In this document: positions 63,101 through 64,000 of the stretch, piece after piece
How positions within the stretch are numbered: position 1 is the stretch's first letter
Layout of the letters: each line of letters begins with the position of its first letter
From: Tubiluchus corallicola
Taxonomy: Eukaryota > Animalia > Priapulida
Assembly: GCA_030141605.1 (NCBI GenBank)
Contig: JAQGDQ010000197.1
Location: 124,001-188,000, forward strand
DNA length: 64,000 nucleotides
Direction: 5' to 3'
Position numbers and translations under genes: made by a program
Notes under the pieces: generated by a model
Told to the model about the DNA's origin: nothing
What the model saw: only the letters and a program-made list of their open reading frames with translations
The model's database searches: none

Positions 63101-64000
63101 ATATTTTAACTAGATGCACGTGGGAGTATTAATGTAACTTGAGAAACTTCATGGTGCAGCTTTAAATCGCTTTTAACAGTCATAACGTGCACCCTGTAGG
63201 TGTGTAGGTCTGTGGTGTGGGTAAGTAAATGTAGTTATTGTAGATTTTTTCACTTAATAGAAATCAGAGTTTTTTTAAAACAAGCACTGGGTTGGTTATT
63301 CCTAGTGTCATTCCTAGTGTCCCAGATTAGCAGTTACGGCACTTTTGATTGTGATTATTTATTCAATCCAAAAATATATTTGTACAAGTACATGAATAAG
63401 ATCTTTTCATTCCTTTCATTTCATTCAAAGCAAAGTTTTTTTTCACACGCATTTAATGCATTTTTTAAAAAATCCATTTTCTTCAGGTTCCGTTTGAGCA
63501 GATGTGTTATCAGTTTGCATATGTTACCACTAGTATGTATAATATTTAAACATAGTCACCAACGGAGACAGTGGGAGTAAAACATTCCAAAGTTCATTGG
63601 TTATTTCATCAGGTTGTTTTCAAGTTTAGTTTGTTTTTATGCCCACATAATCAAGATTAATAGTAAAACTACTCAACATTTACTCAATGCTGGTAAATCA
63701 TCGTGTATTAGTAAGATATTTGATAATCCTTCTTTGTGAGTTTTGACATTTGGCCTTGTTCATTGCGTGATTAGTTCTATGTTTGTTGCCAGGCTGTTAA
63801 ACGTGCTATTCCCTCGATATTGTTATTCACCACTGTTTTTGATTTCTAGCAAAAACGTCAACTCACAGTTTAATAATTTAGGTGCTGGTAAAACTCGTAG
63901 ATGTCTTCATCTCAGAAATCTTTCTATCTCCTATGTGCCAACTGTGTGAATGTTTGATATCATTTAGAAGCTGCAGTTGCTTGTATGTTGGTTGCTGCAG

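Overview
AT-rich, intron-rich animal genomic DNA, probably from an invertebrate; the taxon cannot be fixed from sequence alone. Four spliced genes were assembled by hand from GT-AG exons. (1) The first two exons of a cathepsin D-like aspartic protease (- strand), which continues off the left edge. (2) A complete 25-exon C2CD5/KIAA0528 homolog (+, 8461-40340, about 1016 aa), head-to-head with the protease. (3) A complete 8-exon NADH-cytochrome b5 reductase (-, 44788-53664, about 304 aa). (4) The first coding exons of liprin-beta (+, from 61216), which continues off the right edge. An intact elongator tRNA-Met lies antisense in a C2CD5 intron. Introns carry many transposon relics: a dead Ty3/Gypsy element with PPT and 3' LTR but no integrase, hAT and pogo/Tigger MITEs, and CR1/L2/RTE-like LINE fragments. 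The most unusual item is a ~500 bp intronic foldback (34641-35150) whose two outer ends are outward-facing, Penelope-type minimal hammerhead ribozyme motifs, both with the compensatory U3:A8 core variant. Most short ORFs in the supplied track are spurious or are exons read into introns. No database search was possible, so family names rest on recognised motifs.
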